From positions 52,768-84,767 of the forward strand of contig ACYB01000006.1 in NCBI GenBank assembly GCA_000175855.1: a stretch of DNA of 32,000 nucleotides, read 5' to 3'. How positions within the stretch are numbered: position 1 is the stretch's first letter; each line of letters begins with the position of its first letter. Of the stretch, positions 29,869-32,000 are shown piece after piece. The notes under the pieces were generated by a model. That model was not told where the DNA came from. It ran no database searches and worked only from the letters and a program-made list of their open reading frames with translations. Position numbers and translations under genes: made by a program. Source of the stretch: Raphidiopsis brookii D9 (GTDB lineage: Bacteria > Cyanobacteriota > Cyanobacteriia > Cyanobacteriales > Nostocaceae).

Positions 29869-32000
29869 ATGAGTCAAAAAAATGTGCTTTGCTTCGACGG
29901 AAAATGGAATCATGTGGTTTTACCACCAGACAATAGTGATTATTCCCAGGGAATTACAGTGGAAGCATGGGTCTGGTACGGTAGTTTTGGACAGAACTGG
30001 TCGAGAATTGTTGACTTTGGCAACGGACAAGGACGAAACAATATTGTTTTGGCTCATGCAGGAACATCTAATTCTCTGGCATTCCATACATTCACCAGTA
30101 CGGGGGGATATGCTGTTGAAGTTCCCAATGCATTAGAAATAGGTAAGTGGGCACATGTCGCTGCTACCATCGATAAGTCTGGAGAAGCTAAACTTTACAA
30201 AAATGGTAAATTGATTCAAACGAAACCATTCCGTCTTCCAGACAATGTGGAACGCAAGCTAAACTACATAGGAAAGAGTAACTGGCCAAATAATGATGGT
30301 TTCTTTCAAGGTAAAATGGCTGAGGTCAGGCTGTGGAATGTTGCCCGCACCCCAGAGGAAATTGAACAAAACATGAACCGCCGTTTGAGTGGAAATGAGG
30401 CAGGATTAGTAGCTTATTACCCTTTGAATGGGGATGCTAATGATAAAACCAAAAATGCTAGGCATGGCATCATCATTGGTGCTACTTGGCAACAGGAAGA
30501 ACTCCCTATTCAGGAGCCTAATGTGAATCAAAATCAAACAACAACTCAAACAACAACATTTATTACACCCGATAGATTATTACCGAAATATGATGCGGTA
30601 ATAGTGGGAGCAGGGATAGCTGGAGCTATTGTTGCTAAAACATTGAGTCAACAGGGAAAAACCGTCCTAATCCTGGAAGCGGGAGAAGCTAAAGAGTTGA
30701 CCTTGTCAGGATTTCAACATTATTTGGATACCTTCTATGGGTCCACAGAAAAGCATCCCAACTCTCCCTATCCAGAAAATCACTATGTCCAAAGTCCCAT
30801 GGACGATAACGGGTATTTTGTAGAAAAGGGTCCAATGACTCTTAGTGGCTCTTATACTAGGGTCCTAGGAGGAACAACCATGCATTGGGAAGCGAAGACA
30901 CCTAGAATGTTGCCCAATGATTTCAAGACCAAAAGTCTTTATGGTCAGGGTCTGGACTGGCCGATTTCTTACGACGACCTGATGCCTTATTATCAACAAG
31001 CAGAGTATGAAATAGGGGTTTCTGGAGATGTAGAAGAGCAGAAAAGCCTGGGCCTCAAGTTTGAAGACGGATATGTCTTTCCCATGGAAAAAATGCCACC
31101 ATCATTCCTAGACCAGAAAGTTATAGAAAAGGTGGATGGCACAAAGGTTCAGGTTTGTGGCGAAACCGTAGAGTTAAAATTCTCCACCTTCCCCCAGGGA
31201 CGTAATGGCATACCCAATCCTAAGTATAATCAGGGTAATTTATTTGTGCCTCAAGGGGTTAGCAGTGTTACTCCTGTTCAATATGGAGAACGTTGTCAAG
31301 GGAACGCTAATTGTGTGCCAATTTGTCCAGCTCAAGCTAAATATGATGCTCGTCGTACCCTAGCAAGAGCTCTAGAAACAGGTCGGGTTCACATATTACC
31401 AAAAGCAGTAGCTTTCCATATCAATTACAATCGTGAAAACGGCCGTATACAAAGCATTGAGTACAAGTATTATGGAAACGAAAAAACCGGTTCCGTTGAT
31501 TCTCCTCTAAAAGTTGAGGGGACATTATTTGTTCTAGGAGCAAATGCTGTGGAAAATGCCCGACTCATGCTATCTTGTAATTTACCTAACACAAGTGGTA
31601 TGATTGGGCGGCATTTAATGGATCACCCCTTCGTTTTAGCTTGGGCTCTGATGCCAGAAGTAACTGGAACTATGCGTGGACCTTTGGTAACTTCAGGTAT
31701 TGGCACTTTGCGAGATGGAACATTCCGTGCCAAGCAATCTGGATTTGCCATGGATATTCACAATGATGGTTGGGGATGGGCAACCGGATCCCCTGATACG
31801 GAATTATTTGATGCTGTTGATCACAAGAACAAATATGGTGCGGAATTGCGCGAAACTCTGATTAATAGAATCTCGCGTCAACTGTTACTAGCATTTATGT
31901 GTGAAATGCCTCCTGATATCAGTAACCGTGTAACCATCGATCCGAAGTACAAGGATAAGCTAGGTAATTATCGCCCGGTAATTAATTATAACTTGCCAGA
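29869..32000 (+). CDS. LamG-like (concanavalin-fold) domain fused to a GMC-family FAD oxidoreductase; runs off the right edge
   Basis: Manual translation, open for 710 codons: MSQKNVLCFDGKWNHVVLPPDNSDYSQGITVEAWVWYG...GKWAHVAATIDKSGEAKLYKNGKLI...GKMAEVRLWNVARTPEEI...GLVAYYPLNGDANDKT (LamG/pentraxin-like), linker NVNQNQTTTQTTTF, then YDAVIVGAGIAGAIVAKTLSQQGKTVLILEAGEA (FAD Rossmann), SYTRVLGGTTMHWEAKTPRM, CQGNANCVPICPAQAKYDARRT, GANAVENARLML. Confidence 0.9.
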   Translation, partial: MSQKNVLCFDGKWNHVVLPPDNSDYSQGITVEAWVWYGSFGQNWSRIVDFGNGQGRNNIVLAHAGTSNSLAFHTFTSTGGYAVEVPNALEIGKWAHVAATIDKSGEAKLYKNGKLIQTKPFRLPDNVERKLNYIGKSNWPNNDGFFQGKMAEVRLWNVARTPEEIEQNMNRRLSGNEAGLVAYYPLNGDANDKTKNARHGIIIGATWQQEELPIQEPNVNQNQTTTQTTTFITPDRLLPKYDAVIVGAGIAGAIVAKTLSQQGKTVLILEAGEAKELTLSGFQHYLDTFYGSTEKHPNSPYPENHYVQSPMDDNGYFVEKGPMTLSGSYTRVLGGTTMHWEAKTPRMLPNDFKTKSLYGQGLDWPISYDDLMPYYQQAEYEIGVSGDVEEQKSLGLKFEDGYVFPMEKMPPSFLDQKVIEKVDGTKVQVCGETVELKFSTFPQGRNGIPNPKYNQGNLFVPQGVSSVTPVQYGERCQGNANCVPICPAQAKYDARRTLARALETGRVHILPKAVAFHINYNRENGRIQSIEYKYYGNEKTGSVDSPLKVEGTLFVLGANAVENARLMLSCNLPNTSGMIGRHLMDHPFVLAWALMPEVTGTMRGPLVTSGIGTLRDGTFRAKQSGFAMDIHNDGWGWATGSPDTELFDAVDHKNKYGAELRETLINRISRQLLLAFMCEMPPDISNRVTIDPKYKDKLGNYRPVINYNLP

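Noticed and set aside
29882-30136. 84-aa minus-strand ORF at the start of the LamG-GMC gene
   Set aside because: Antisense to a well-supported LamG-like coding frame.

Overview
This 32 kb window is from a filamentous (Nostocales-type) cyanobacterium. By eye I count about 11 HIP1 octamers (GCGATCGC). The ORFs include petB/petD, glnB, and a tocopherol pair (homogentisate phytyltransferase plus gamma-tocopherol methyltransferase), and their residue patterns resemble Nostoc or Raphidiopsis/Cylindrospermopsis; genus is inference only. Most of the window is conserved core genome: PP2C phosphatase, ABC1/UbiB kinase, a large Hsp70-like protein, DUF2232, cobT-like, an OmpR-family regulator, ctpA, petBD, an anti-sigma-type ATPase, pyrE, DUF4335/DUF3038, apt, an oligopeptide-type ABC permease, glnB, a CHAT protease-like protein, hemD, cobA, hpt, gamma-TMT, ktrB/ktrA and queA. 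The items most worth a second look are: (1) a LamG-like domain fused to a GMC-type flavin oxidoreductase, running off the right edge behind an unusually long (~870 bp) intergenic region with a nested inverted repeat and an 11-bp tandem repeat; (2) two paralogous ~100-nt intergenic modules at 21430-21676, with matching motifs at identical 30-nt spacing, each ending in a terminator-like hairpin plus T6, which look like tandem small-RNA genes; (3) a 1155-aa coiled-coil/acidic-linker/Hsp70-like protein; (4) a membrane-tethered CHAT-TPR protein that the ORF track splits in two; (5) seven genes that each appear broken by one single-nucleotide indel, mostly in or next to homopolymers, indicating either systematic sequence error or ongoing decay. 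I saw no CRISPR array, transposase, tRNA or rRNA, and no convincing new multi-gene system.
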